Shown here piece by piece: positions 26,801-41,100 of a stretch of 64,000 nt of DNA. The stretch is from the human T2T-CHM13v2.0 reference genome, Homo sapiens: assembly GCF_009914755.1 (NCBI RefSeq), contig NC_060946.1. One strand, written 5' to 3'. The translations under genes and the position numbers were made by a program. The notes beneath the pieces are model-generated. The model worked only from the letters and a program-made list of their open reading frames with translations, did no database searches and was not told the origin of the DNA. Numbering within the stretch: position 1 is the stretch's first letter; each line of letters begins with the position of its first letter.

Positions 26801-29800
26801 CTTCTTTCTAGCTTGTAGGGGAAGATATTCCCTTTATCACCATGGGCCTCCAACCGTCCGAAACATCCACTTCCATATACTACAAAAAGAGCGTTTCAAA
26901 CCTGCTCTATGAAAGGCAATGTTCAACTCTGTGACTTGAATGCAGACATCACAGAGCAGTTTCTGAGAATGCTTCTGTCTAGATTTTATAGGAAGATATT
27001 CCCGTTTCCAACGAAATCTTCACAGCTATCCAAATATCCACTTGCAGATTCTACAAAAAGAGTGTATCAAAACTGCTCTGTCAAAAGGAAGGTTCTTCTC
27101 TGTTAGGTGAGTGCATACGTCATAAAGGAGTTTCTGAGAATGTTTCTGTCTAGTGGTTATGGGAAGATATTTGCTTTTTCACCGTAGGCCTCAGAGCGCT
27201 CCAAATATCCACTTGCACATACTACAAAAAGAGTGCCTCAAAGCTGCTCTCTGAAACGGAATGTTCAACTCTATGAGTTGAATGCAAACATCACAAAGAC
27301 GTTTCTGAGAATGCTTCTGTCTAGATTTGATATGAAGATATTCCCGTTTCCAACGAAATCTTCAAATCTATCCAAATGTCCACTTGCAGATTCAACAAAA
27401 AGTGTTTTTCAGAACTGCTCTATCAAAAGAAAGATCCACGTCTGTTAGCTGAGTTCACACATCACAAACAAGTTTATGAGAATGCTTCTGTCTAGTTTTT
27501 ATTTGAAGATATTTCCTTTCTCACCATAGACCTGAAAGCTGTCCTAATGTTCACTTCCAGATACTACAGAAAGAGTGTTTCAAAACTGCTGTACGAAAGG
27601 GAATGTTCAACTCTGTGACTTGAATGCACACATCACAAAGAAGTTTCTGAGGATGCTGCTGTCTACTTTTTATACGTAATCCCGTTTCCAACGAAATCCT
27701 CCAAGCTATCCAAATATCCACTTGCAGATTCCACAGAAAGACTGTTTCAAAACTGCTCTGTCAATAGAAAGGTTCAACTCTGTTAGCTGCGTGCATATAT
27801 CCCAAAGAAGATTCTGAGATTCCTTCTGTCTAGTTTTTATGGGAAGATATTTCCCTTTTCACCGTAGGCGTCAAGGCGCTCCAAATGTCCACTTCCAGAT
27901 ACTACAAAAAGAGTGTTTCAAACCTACTCTGTGAAAGGGAATATTCAACTCTGTGACTTGAATGCACATATCACAAAGAAGTTTCTGAGAATGCTTCTGT
28001 CGAGATTTTATATGAAGATATTCCCGTTTCCAACGAAATCCTGAAATCTATCCAAATATCCCCTCACAGATTCTACAAAAAGAGTGTTTCAAAACTGCTC
28101 TGTAAAAAGAAAGGTTCAACTCTGTTAGTTGAGTACACACATCACAAACAAGTTTCACAGAATGCTTCTTTCTAGCTTGTAGGGGAAGATATTCCCTTTA
28201 TCACCATGGTCCTCAAACCGTCCGAAACGTCCACTTCCATATACTACAAAAAGAGCGTTTCAAACCTGCTCTAGGAAAGGCAATGTTCAACTCTGTGACT
28301 TGAATGCAGACATCACAGAGCAGTTTCTGAGAATGCTTCTGTCTAGATTTTATAGGAAGATATTCCCGTTTCCAACGAAATCTTCACAGCTATCCAAATA
28401 TCCACTTGCAGATTCTACAAAAAGAGTGTATCAAAACTGCTCTGTCAAAAGGAAGGTTCTTCTCTGTTAGGTGAGTGCATACGTCATAAAGGAGTTTCTG
28501 AGAATGTTTCTGTCTAGTGGTTATGGGAAGATATTTGCTTTTTCACCGTAGGCCTCAGAGCGCTCCAAATATCCACTTGCACATACTACAACAAGAGTGC
28601 CTCAAAGCTGCTCTCTGAAACGGAATGTTCAACTCTATGAGTTGAATGCAAACATCACAAAGACGTTTCTGAGAATGCTTCTGTCTAGATTTGATATGAA
28701 GATATTCCCGTTTCCAACGAAATCTTCAAATCTATCCAAATGTCCACTTGCAGATTCAACAAAAAGTGTTTTTCAGAACTGCTCTATCAAAAGAAAGATC
28801 CACCTCTGTTAGCTGAGTTCACACATCACAAACAAGTTTATGAGAATGCTTCTGTCTAGTTTTTATTTGAAGATATTTCCTTTCTCACCATAGACCTGAA
28901 AGCTGTCCTAATGTTCACTTCCAGATACTACAGAAAGAGTGTTTCAAAACTGCTGTACGAAAGGGAATGTTCAACTCTGTGACTTGAATGCACACATCAC
29001 AAAGAAGTTTCTGAGGATGCTGCTGTCTACTTTTTATACGTAATCCCGTTTCCAACGAAATCCTCCAAGCTATCCAAATATCCACTTGCAGATTCCACAG
29101 AAAGACTGTTTCAAAACTGCTCTGTCAATAGAAAGGTTCAACTCTGTTAGCTGCGTGCATATATCCCAAAGAAGATTCTGAGATTGCTTCTGTCTAGTTT
29201 TTATGGGAAGATATTTCCCTTTTCACCGTAGGCGTCAAGGCGCTCCAAATGTCCACTTCCAGATACTACAAAAAGAGTGTTTCAAACCTACTCTGTGAAA
29301 GGGAATATTCAACTCTGTGACTTGAATGCACATATCACAAAGAAGTTTCTGAGAATGCTTCTGTCGAGATTTTATATGAAGATATTCCCGTTTCCAACGA
29401 AATCCTGAAATCTATCCAAATATCCCCTCGCAGATTCTACAAAAAGAGTGTTTCAAAACTGTTCTGTAAAAAGAAAGGTTCAACTCTGTTAGTTGAGTAC
29501 ACACATCTCAAACAAGTATCACAGAATGCTTCTTTCTAGCTTGTAGGGGAAGATATTCCCTTTATCACCATGGGCCTCAAACCGTCCGAAACGTCCACTT
29601 CCATATACTTCAAAAAGAGCGTTTCAAACCTGCTCTATGAAAGGCAATGTTCAACTCTGTGACTTGAATGCAGACATCACAGAGCTGTTTCTGAGAATGC
29701 TTCTGTCTAGATTTTATAGGATGATATTCCCGTTTCCAACGAAATCTTCACAGCTATCCAAATATCCACTTGCAGATTCTACAAAAAGAGTGTATCCAAA

Positions 29801-32800
29801 CTGCTCTGGCAAAAGGAAGGTTCTTCTCTGTTAGGTGAGTGCATACGTCATAAAGGAGTTTCTGAGAATGTTTCTGTCTAGTGGTTATGGGAAGATATTT
29901 GCTTTTTCACCGTAGGCCTCAGAGCGCTCCAAATATCCACTTGCACATACTACAAAAAGAGTGCCTCAAAGCTGCTCTCTGAAATGGAATGTTCAACTCT
30001 ATGAGTTGAATGCAAACATCACAAAGACGTTTCTGAGAATGCTTCTGTCTAGATTTGATATGAAGATATTCCCGTTTCCAACGAAATCTTCAAATCTATC
30101 CAAATGTCCACTTGCAGATTCAACAAAAAGTGTTTTTCAGAACTGCTCTATCAAAAGAAAGATCCACCTCTGTTAGCTGAGTTCACACATCCAAACAAGT
30201 TTATGAGAATCCTTCTGTCTAGTTTTTATTTGAAGATATTTCCTTTCTCACCATAGACCTGAAAGCTGTCCTAATGTTCACTTCCAGATACTACAGAAAG
30301 AGTGTTTAAAAACTGCTGTACGAAAGGGAATGTTCAACTCTGTGACTTGAATGCACACATCACAAAGAAGTTTCTGAGGATGCTGCTGTCTACTTTTTAT
30401 ACGTAATCCCGTTTCCAACGAAATCCTCCTAGCTATCCAAATATCCACTTGCAGATTCCACAGAAAGACTGTTTCAAAACTGCTCTGTCAATAGAAAGGT
30501 TCAACTCTGTTAGCTGCGTGCATATATCCCAAAGAAGATTCTGAGATTGCTTCTGTCTAGTTTTTATGGGAAGATATTTCCCTTTTCACCATAGGTGTCA
30601 AGGCGCTCCAAATGTCCACTTCCAGATACTACAAAAAGAGTGTTTCAAACCTACTCTGTGAAAAGGAATATTCAACTCTGTGACTTTAATGCACATATCA
30701 CAAAGAAGTTTCTGAGAATGCTTCTGTCGAGATTTTATATGAAGATATTCCCGTTTCCAAAGAAATCCTGAAATCTATCCAAATATCCCCTCGCAGATTC
30801 TACAAAAAGAGTGTTTCAAAACTGCTCTGTACAAAGAAAGGTTCAACTCTGTTAGTTGAGTACACACATCACAAACAAGTTTCACAGAATGCTTCTTTCT
30901 AGCTTGTAGGGGAAGATATTCCCTTTATCACCATGGGCCTCCAACCGTCCGAAACGTCCACTTCCATATACTACAAAAAGAGCGTTTCAAACCTGCTCTA
31001 GGAAAGGCAATGTTCAACTCTGTGACTTGAATGCAGACATCACAGAGCAGTTTCTGAGAATGCTTCTGTCTAGATTTTATAGGAAGATATTCCCGTTTCC
31101 AACGAAATCTTCACAGCTATCCAAATATCCACTTGCAGATTCTACAAAAAGAGTGTATCAAAACTGCTCTGTCAAAAGGAAGGTTCTTCTCTGTTAGGTG
31201 AGTGCATACGTCATAAAGGAGTTTCTGAGAATGTTTCTGTCTAGTGGTTATGGGAAGATATTTGCTTTTTCACCGTAGGCCTCAGAGCGCTCCAAATATC
31301 CACTTGCACATACTACAAAAAGAGTGCCTCAAAGCTGCTCTTTGAAACGGAATGTTCAACTCTATGAGTTGAATGCAAACATCACAAAGACGTTTCTGAG
31401 AATGCTTCTGTCTAGATTTGATATGAAGATATTCCCGTTTCCAACGAAATCTTCAAATCTATCCAAATGTCCACTTGCAGATTCAACAAAAAGTGTTTTT
31501 CAGAACTGCTCTATCAAAAGAAAGATCCACCTCTGTTAGCTGAGTTCACACATCACAAACAAGTTTATGAGAATGCTTCTGTCTAGTTTTTATTTGAAGA
31601 TATTTCCTTTCTCACCATAGACCTGAAAGCTGTCCTAATGTTCACTTCCAGATACTACAGAAAGAGTGTTTCAAAACTGCTGTATGAAAGGGAATGTTCA
31701 ACTCTGTGACTTGAATGCACACATCACAAAGAAGTTTCTGAGGATGCTGCTGTCTACTTTTTATATGTAATCCCGTTTCCAACGAAATCCTCCAAGCTAT
31801 CCAAATATCCACTTGCAGATTCCACAGAAAGACTGTTTCAAAACTGCTCTGTCAATAGAAAGGTTCAACTCTGTTAGCTGCGTGCATATATCCCAAAGAA
31901 GATTCTGAGATTGCTTCTGTCTAGTTTTTATGGGAAGATATTTCCCTTTTCACCGTAGGCGTCAAGGCGCTCCAAATGTCCACTTCCAGATACTACAAAA
32001 AGAGTGTTTCAAACCTACTCTGTGAAAGGGAATATTCAACTCTGTGACTTGAATGCACATATCACAAAGAAGTTTCTGAGAATGCTTCTGTCGAGATTTT
32101 ATATGAAGATATTCCCGTTTCCAACGAAATCCTGAAATCTATCCAAATATCCCCTCGCAGATTCTACAAAAAGAGTGTTTTAAAACTGCTCTGTAAAAAG
32201 AAAGGTTCAACTCTGTTAGTTGAGTACACACATCACAAACAAGTTTCACAGAATGCTTCTTTCTAGCTTGTAGGGGAAGATATTCCCTTTATCACCATGG
32301 GCCTCCAACCGTCCGAAACATCCACTTCCATATACTACAAAAAGAGCGTTTCAAACCTGCTCTATGAAAGGCAATGTTCAACTCTGTGACTTGAATGCAG
32401 ACATCACAGAGCAGTTTCTGAGAATGCTTCTGTCTAGATTTTATAGGAAGATATTCCCGTTTCCAACGAAATCTTCACAGCTATCCAAATATCCACTTGC
32501 AGATTCTACAAAAAGAGTGTATCAAAACTGCTCTGTCAAAAGGAAGGTTCTTCTCTGTTAGGTGAGTGCATACGTCATAAAGGAGTTTCTGAGAATGTTT
32601 CTGTCTAGTGGTTATGGGAAGATATTTGCTTTTTCACCGTAGGCCTCAGAGCGCTCCAAATATCCACTTGCACATACTACAAAAAGAGTGCCTCAAAGCT
32701 GCTCTCTGAAACGGAATGTTCAACTCTATGAGTTGAATGCAAACATCACAAAGACGTTTCTGAGAATGCTTCTGTCTAGATTTGATATGAAGATATTCCC

Positions 32801-35065
32801 GTTTCCAACGAAATCTTCAAATCTATCCAAATGTCCACTTGCAGATTCAACAAAAAGTGTTTTTCAGAACTGCTCTATCAAAAGAAAGATCCACGTCTGT
32901 TAGCTGAGTTCACACATCACAAACAAGTTTATGAGAATGCTTCTGTCTAGTTTTTATTTGAAGATATTTCCTTTCTCACCATAGACCTGAAAGCTGTCCT
33001 AATGTTCACTTCCAGATACTACAGAAAGAGTGTTTCAAAACTGCTGTACGAAAGGGAATGTTCAACTCTGTGACTTGAATGCACACATCACAAAGAAGTT
33101 TCTGAGGATGCTGCTGTCTACTTTTTATACGTAATCCCGTTTCCAACGAAATCCTCCAAGCTATCCAAATATCCACTTGCAGATTCCACAGAAAGACTGT
33201 TTCAAAACTGCTCTGTCAATAGAAAGGTTCAACTCTGTTAGCTGCGTGCATATATCCCAAAGAAGATTCTGAGATTCCTTCTGTCTAGTTTTTATGGGAA
33301 GATATTTCCCTTTTCACCGTAGGCGTCAAGGCGCTCCAAATGTCCACTTCCAGATACTACAAAAAGAGTGTTTCAAACCTACTCTGTGAAAGGGAATATT
33401 CAACTCTGTGACTTGAATGCACATATCACAAAGAAGTTTCTGAGAATGCTTCTGTCGAGATTTTATATGAAGATATTCCCGTTTCCAACGAAATCCTGAA
33501 ATCTATCCAAATATCCCCTCACAGATTCTACAAAAAGAGTGTTTCAAAACTGCTCTGTAAAAAGAAAGGTTCAACTCTGTTAGTTGAGTACACACATCAC
33601 AAACAAGTTTCACAGAATGCTTCTTTCTAGCTTGTAGGGGAAGATATTCCCTTTATCACCATGGTCCTCAAACCGTCCGAAACGTCCACTTCCATATACT
33701 ACAAAAAGAGCGTTTCAAACCTGCTCTAGGAAAGGCAATGTTCAACTCTGTGACTTGAATGCAGACATCACAGAGCAGTTTCTGAGAATGCTTCTGTCTA
33801 GATTTTATAGGAAGATATTCCCGTTTCCAACGAAATCTTCACAGCTATCCAAATATCCACTTGCAGATTCTACAAAAAGAGTGTATCAAAACTGCTCTGT
33901 CAAAAGGAAGGTTCTTCTCTGTTAGGTGAGTGCATACGTCATAAAGGAGTTTCTGAGAATGTTTCTGTCTAGTGGTTATGGGAAGATATTTGCTTTTTCA
34001 CCGTAGGCCTCAGAGCGCTCCAAATATCCACTTGCACATACTACAACAAGAGTGCCTCAAAGCTGCTCTCTGAAACGGAATGTTCAACTCTATGAGTTGA
34101 ATGCAAACATCACAAAGACGTTTCTGAGAATGCTTCTGTCTAGATTTGATATGAAGATATTCCCGTTTCCAACGAAATCTTCAAATCTATCCAAATGTCC
34201 ACTTGCAGATTCAACAAAAAGTGTTTTTCAGAACTGCTCTATCAAAAGAAAGATCCACCTCTGTTAGCTGAGTTCACACATCACAAACAAGTTTATGAGA
34301 ATGCTTCTGTCTAGTTTTTATTTGAAGATATTTCCTTTCTCACCATAGACCTGAAAGCTGTCCTAATGTTCACTTCCAGATACTACAGAAAGAGTGTTTC
34401 AAAACTGCTGTACGAAAGGGAATGTTCAACTCTGTGACTTGAATGCACACATCACAAAGAAGTTTCTGAGGATGCTGCTGTCTACTTTTTATACGTAATC
34501 CCGTTTCCAACGAAATCCTCCAAGCTATCCAAATATCCACTTGCAGATTCCACAGAAAGACTGTTTCAAAACTGCTCTGTCAATAGAAAGGTTCAACTCT
34601 GTTAGCTGCGTGCATATATCCCAAAGAAGATTCTGAGATTGCTTCTGTCTAGTTTTTATGGGAAGATATTTCCCTTTTCACCGTAGGCGTCAAGGCGCTC
34701 CAAATGTCCACTTCCAGATACTACAAAAAGAGTGTTTCAAACCTACTCTGTGAAAGGGAATATTCAACTCTGTGACTTGAATGCACATATCACAAAGAAG
34801 TTTCTGAGAATGCTTCTGTCGAGATTTTATATGAAGATATTCCCGTTTCCAACGAAATCCTGAAATCTATCCAAATATCCCCTCGCAGATTCTACAAAAA
34901 GAGTGTTTCAAAACTGTTCTGTAAAAAGAAAGGTTCAACTCTGTTAGTTGAGTACACACATCTCAAACAAGTATCACAGAATGCTTCTTTCTAGCTTGTA
35001 GGGGAAGATATTCCCTTTATCACCATGGGCCTCAAACCGTCCGAAACGTCCACTTCCATATACTT
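23880..35065. repeat. Tandem duplication of a 4-HOR block (period 5455 bp)
   Basis: ORF variants at 24182/29637 and 24506/29961; 1-bp deletion at 24736/30191; CTCCTAGC, CTGTACAAA, TGTTTTAAAA, CCCTCACAGA and CTACAACAAG all recur at +5455. Confidence 0.93.
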
Positions 35066-35119
35066 CAATAAGAGCGTTTCAAACCTGCTCTATGAAAGGC
35101 AATGTTCAACTCTGTGACT

Positions 35120-38100
35120 TGAAAGCAGACATCACAGAGCAGTTTCTGAGAATGCTTCTGTCTAGATTTTATAGGAAGATATTCCCGTTTCCAACGAAAT
35201 CTTCACATCTATCCAAATATCCACTTGTAGATTCTTCAAAAAGAGTGTATCAAAACTGCTCTGTCAAAAGGAAGGTTCTTCTCTGTTAGGTGAGTGCATA
35301 CGTCATAAAGGAGTTTCTGGGAATGTTTCTGTCTAGTGGTTATGGGAAGATATTTGCTTTTTCACCGTAGGCCTCAGAGCGCTCCAAATATCCACTTGCA
35401 CATACTACAAAAAGAGTGCCTCAAAGCTGCTCTCTGAAACGGAATGTACAACTCTATGAGTTGAATGCAAACATCACAAAGACGTTTCTGAGAATGCTTC
35501 TGTCTAGATTTGATGTGAAGATATTCCCGTTTCCAACGAAATCTTCAAATCTATCCAAATGTCCACTTGCATAATCAACAAAAAGTGTTTTTCAGAACTG
35601 CTCTATCAAAAGAAAGATCCACCTCTGTTAGCTGAGTTCACACATCACAAACAAGTTTATGAGAATGCTTCTGTCTAGTTTTTATTTGAAGATATTTCCT
35701 TTCTCACCATAGACCTGAAAGCTGTCCTAATGTTCACTTCCAGATACTACAGAAAGAGTGTTTCAAAACTGCTGTACGAAAGGGAATGTTCAACTCTGTG
35801 ACTTGAATGCACACATCACAAAGAAGTTTCTGAGGATGCTGCTGTCTACTTTTTATACGTAATCCCGTTTCCAACGAAATCCTCCAAGCTATCCAAATAT
35901 CCACTTGCAGATTCCACAGAAAGACTGTTTCAAAACTGCTCTGTCAATAGAAAGGTTCAACTCTGTTAGCTGCGTGCATATATCCCAAAGAAGATTCTGA
36001 GATTGCTTCTGTCTAGTTTTTATGGGAAGATATTTCCCTTTTCACCGTAGGCGTCAAGGCGCTCCAAATGTCCACTTCCAGATACTACAAAAAGAGTGTT
36101 TCAAACCTACTCTGTGAAAGCGAATATTCAACCCTGTGACTTGAATGCACATATCACAAAGAAGTTTCTGAGAATGCTTCTGTCGAGATTTTATATGAAG
36201 ATATTCCCGTTTCCAACGAAATCCTGAAATCTATCCAAATATCCCCTCGCAGATTCTACAAAAAGAGTGTTTCAAAACTGCTCTGTAAAAAGAAAGGTTC
36301 AACTCTGTTAGTTGAGTACACACATCACAAACAAGTTTCACAGAATGCTTCTTTCTAGCTTGTAGGGGAAGATATTCCCTTTATCACCATGGTCCTCAAA
36401 CCGTCCGAAACGTCCACTTCCATATACTACAAAAAGAGCGTTTCAAACCTGCTCTAGGAAAGGCAATGTTCAACTCTGTGACTTGAATGCAGACATCACA
36501 GAGCAGTTTCTGAGAATGCTTCTGTCTAGATTTTATAGGAAGATATTCCCGTTTCCAACGAAATCTTCACAGCTATCCAAATATCCACTTGCAGATTCTA
36601 CAAAAAGAGTGTATCAAAACTGCTCTGTCAAAAGGAAGGTTCTTCTCTGTTAGGTGAGTGCATACGTCATAAAGGAGTTTCTGAGAATGTTTCTGTCTAG
36701 TGGTTATGGGAAGATATTTGCTTTTTCACCGTAGGCCTCAGAGCGCTCCAAATATCCACTTGCACATACTACAAAAAGAGTGCCTCAAAGCTGCTCTCTG
36801 AAACGGAATGTTCAACTCTATGAGTTGAATGCAAACATCACAAAGACGTTTCTGAGAATGCTTCTGTCTAGATTTGATATGAAGATATTCCCGTTTCCAA
36901 CGAAATCTTCAAATCTATCCAAATGTCCACTTGCAGATTCAACAAAAAGTGTTTTTCAGAACTGCTCTATCAAAAGAAAGATCCACCTCTGTTAGCTGAG
37001 TTCACACATCACAAACAAGTTTATGAGAATGCTTCTGTCTAGTTTTTATTTGAAGATATTTCCTTTCTCACCATAGACCTGAAAGCTGTCCTAATGTTCA
37101 CTTCCAGATACTACAGAAAGAGTGTTTCAAAACTGCTGTACGAAAGGGAATGTTCAACTCTGTGACTTGAATGCACACATCACAAAGAAGTTTCTGAGGA
37201 TGCTGCTGTCTACTTTTTATACGTAATCCCGTTTCCAACGAAATCCTCCAAGCTATCCAAATATCCACTTGCAGATTCCACAGAAAGACTGTTTCAAAAC
37301 TGCTCTGTCAATAGAAAGGTTCAACTCTGTTAGCTGCGTGCATATATCCCAAAGAAGATTCTGAGATTGCTTCTGTCTAGTTTTTATGGGAAGATATTTC
37401 CCTTTTCACCGTAGGCGTCAAGGCGCTCCAAATGTCCACTTCCAGATACTACAAAAAGAGTGTTTCAAACCTACTCTGTGAAAGGGAATATTCAACTCTG
37501 TGACTTGAATGCACATATCACAAAGAAGTTTCTGAGAATGCTTCTGTCGAGATTTTATATGAAGATATTCCCGTTTCCAACGAAATCCTGAAATCTATCC
37601 AAATATCCCCTCGCAGATTCTACAAAAAGAGTGTTTCAAAACTGCTCTGTAAAAAGAAAGGTTCAACTCTGTTACTTGAGTACACACATCACAAACAAGT
37701 TTCACAGAATGCTTCTTTCTAGCTTGTAGGGGAAGATATTCCCTTTATCACCATGGTCTTCAAACCGTCCGAAACGTCCACTTCCATATACTACAAAAAG
37801 AGTGTTTCAAACCTGCTCTATGAAAGGCAATGTTCAACTCTGTGACTTGAATGCAGACATCACATAGCAGTTTCTGAGAATGCTTCTGTCTAGATTTTAT
37901 AGGAAGATATTCCCGTTTCCAACGAAATCTTCACAGCTATCCAAATATCCACTTGCAGATTCTACAAAAAGAGTGTATCAAAACTGCTCTGTCAAAAGGA
38001 AGGTTCTTCTCTGTTAGGTGAGTGCATACGTCATAAAGGAGTTTCTGAGAATGTTTCTGTCTAGTGGTTATGGGAAGATATTTGCTTTTTCCCCGTAGAC

Positions 38101-41100
38101 CTCAGAGCGCTCCAAATGTCCACTTGCACATGCTACAAAAAGAGTGCTTCAAAGCTGCTCTCTGAAAGGGAATGTTCAACTCTATGAGTTGAATGTAAAC
38201 ATCACAAAGACGTTTCTGAGAATGCTTCTGTCTAGATTTGATATGAAGATATTCCCGTTTCCAACGAAATCTTCAAATCTATCCAAATGTCCACTTGCAG
38301 ATTCAACAAAAAGTGTTTTTCAGAACTGCTCTATCAAAAGAAAGATCCACCTCTGTTAGCTGAGTTCACACATCACAAACAAGTTTATGAGAATGCTTCT
38401 GTCTAGTTTTTATTTGAAGATATTTCCTTTCTCACCATAGACCTGAAAGCTGTCCTAATGTTCACTTCCAGATACTACAGAAAGAGTGTTTCAAAACTGC
38501 TGTACGAAAGGGAATGTTCAACTCTGTGACTTGAATGCACACATCACAAAGAAGTTTCTGAGGATGCTGCTGTCTACTTTTTATACGTAATCCCGTTTCC
38601 AACGAAATCCTCCAAGCTATCCAAATATCCACTTGCAGATTCCACAGAAAGACTGTTTCAAAACTGCTCTGTCAATAGAAAGGTTCAACTCTGTTAGCTG
38701 CGTGCATATATCCCAAAGAAGATTCTGAGATTCCTTCTGTCTAGTTTTTATGGGAAGATATTTCCCTTTTCACCGTAGGCGTCAAGGCGCTCCAAATGTC
38801 CACTTCCAGATACTACAAAAAGAGTGTTTGAAACCTACTCTGTGAAAGGGAATATTCAACTCTGTGACTTGAATGCACATATCACAAAGAAGTTTCTGAG
38901 AATGCTTCTGTCGAGATTTTATATGAAGATATTCCCGTTTCCAACGAAATCATGAAATCTATCCAAATATCCCCTCGCAGATTCTACAAAAAGAGTGTTT
39001 CAAAACTGCTCTGTAAAAAGAAAGGTTCAACTCTGTTAGTTGAGTACACACATCACAAACAAGTTTCACAGAATGCTTCTTTCTAGCTTGTAGGGGAAGA
39101 TATTCCCTTTATCACCATGGGCCTCCAACCGTCCGAAACGTCCACTTCCATATACTACAAAAAGAGCGTTTCAAACCTGCTCTAGGAAAGGCAATGTTCA
39201 ACTCTGTGACTTGAATGCAGACATCACAGAGCAGTTTCTGAGAATGCTTCTGTCTAGATTTTATAGGAAGATATTCCCGTTTCCAACGAAATCTTCACAG
39301 CTATCCAAATATCCACTTGCAGATTCTACAAAAGGAGTGTATCAAAACTGCTCTGTCAAAAGGAAGGTTCTTCTCTGTTAGGTGAGTGCATACGTCATAA
39401 AGGAGTTTCTGAGAATGTTTCTGTCTAGTGGTTATGGGAAGATATTTGCTTTTTCACCGTAGGCCTCAGAGCGCTCCAAATATCCACTTGCACATACTAC
39501 AAAAAGAGTGCCTCAAAGCTGCTCTCTGAAACGGAATGTTCAACTCTATGAGTTGAATGCAAACATCACAAAGACGTTTCTGAGAATGCTTCTGTCTAGA
39601 TTTGATATGAAGATATTCCCGTTTCCAACGAAATCTTCAAATCTATCCAAATGTCCACTTGCAGATTCAACAAAAAGTGTTTTTCAGAACTGCTGTATCA
39701 AAAGAAAGATCCACGTCTGTTAGCTGAGTTCACACATCACAAACAAGTTTATGAGAATGCTTCTGTCTAGTTTTTATTTGAAGATATTTCCTTTCTCACC
39801 ATAGACCTGAAAGCTGTCCTAATGTTCACTTCCAGATACTACAGAAAGAGTGTTTCAAAACTGCTGTACGAAAGGGAATTTTCAACTCTGTGACTTGAAT
39901 GCACACATCACAAAGAAGTTTCTGAGGATGCTGCTGTCTACTTTTTATACGTAATCCCGTTTCCAACGAAATCCTCCAAGCTATCCAAATATCCACTTGC
40001 AGATTCCACAGAAAGACTGTTTCAAAACTGCTCTGTCAATAGAAAGGTTCAACTCTGTTAGCTGCGTGCATATATCCCAAAGAAGATTCTGAGATTGCTT
40101 CTGTCTAGTTTTTATGGGAAGATATTTCCCTTTTCACCGTAGGCGTCAAGGCGCTCCAAATGTCCACTTCCAGATACTACAAAAAGAGTGTTTCAAACCT
40201 ACTCTGTGAAAGGGAATATTCAACTCTGTGACTTGAATGCACATATCACAAAGAAGTTTCTGAGAATGCTTCTGTCGAGATTTTATATGAAGATATTCCC
40301 GTTTCCAACGAAATCCTGAAATCTATCCAAATATCCCCTCGCAGATTCTACAAAAAGAGTGTTTCAAAACTGCTCTGTAAAAAGAAAGGTTCAACTCTGT
40401 TAGTTGAGTACACACATCACAAACAAGTTTCACAGAATGCTTCTTTCTAGCTTGTAGGGGAAGATATTCCCTTTATCACCATGGTCCTCAAACCGTCCGA
40501 AACGTCCACTTCCATATACTACAAAAAGAGCGTTTCAAACCTGCTCTAGGAAAGGCAATGTTCAACTCTGTGACTTGAATGCAGACATCACAGAACAGTT
40601 TCTGAGAATGCTTCTGTCTAGATTTTATAGGAAGATATTCCCGTTTCCAACGAAATCTTCACAGCTATCCAAATATCCACTTGCAGATTCTACAAAAAGA
40701 GTGTATCAAAACTGCTCTGTCAAAAGGAAGGTTCTTCTCTGTTAGGTGAGTGCATACGTCATAAAGGAGTTTCTGAGAATGTTTCTGTCTAGTGGTTATG
40801 GGAAGATATTTGCTTTTTCACCGTAGGCCTCAGAGCGCTCCAAATATCCACTTGCACATACTACAAAAAGAGTGCCTCAAAGCTGCTCTCTGAAACGGAA
40901 TGTTCAACTCTATGAGTTGAATGCAAACATCACAAAGACGTTTCTGAGAATGCTTCTGTCTAGATTTGATATGAAGATATTCCCGTTTCCAACGAAATCT
41001 TCAAATCTATCCAAATGTCCACTTGCAGATTCAACAAAAAGTGTTTTTCAGAACTGCTCTATCAAAAGAAAGATCCACCTCTGTTAGCTGAGTTCACACA

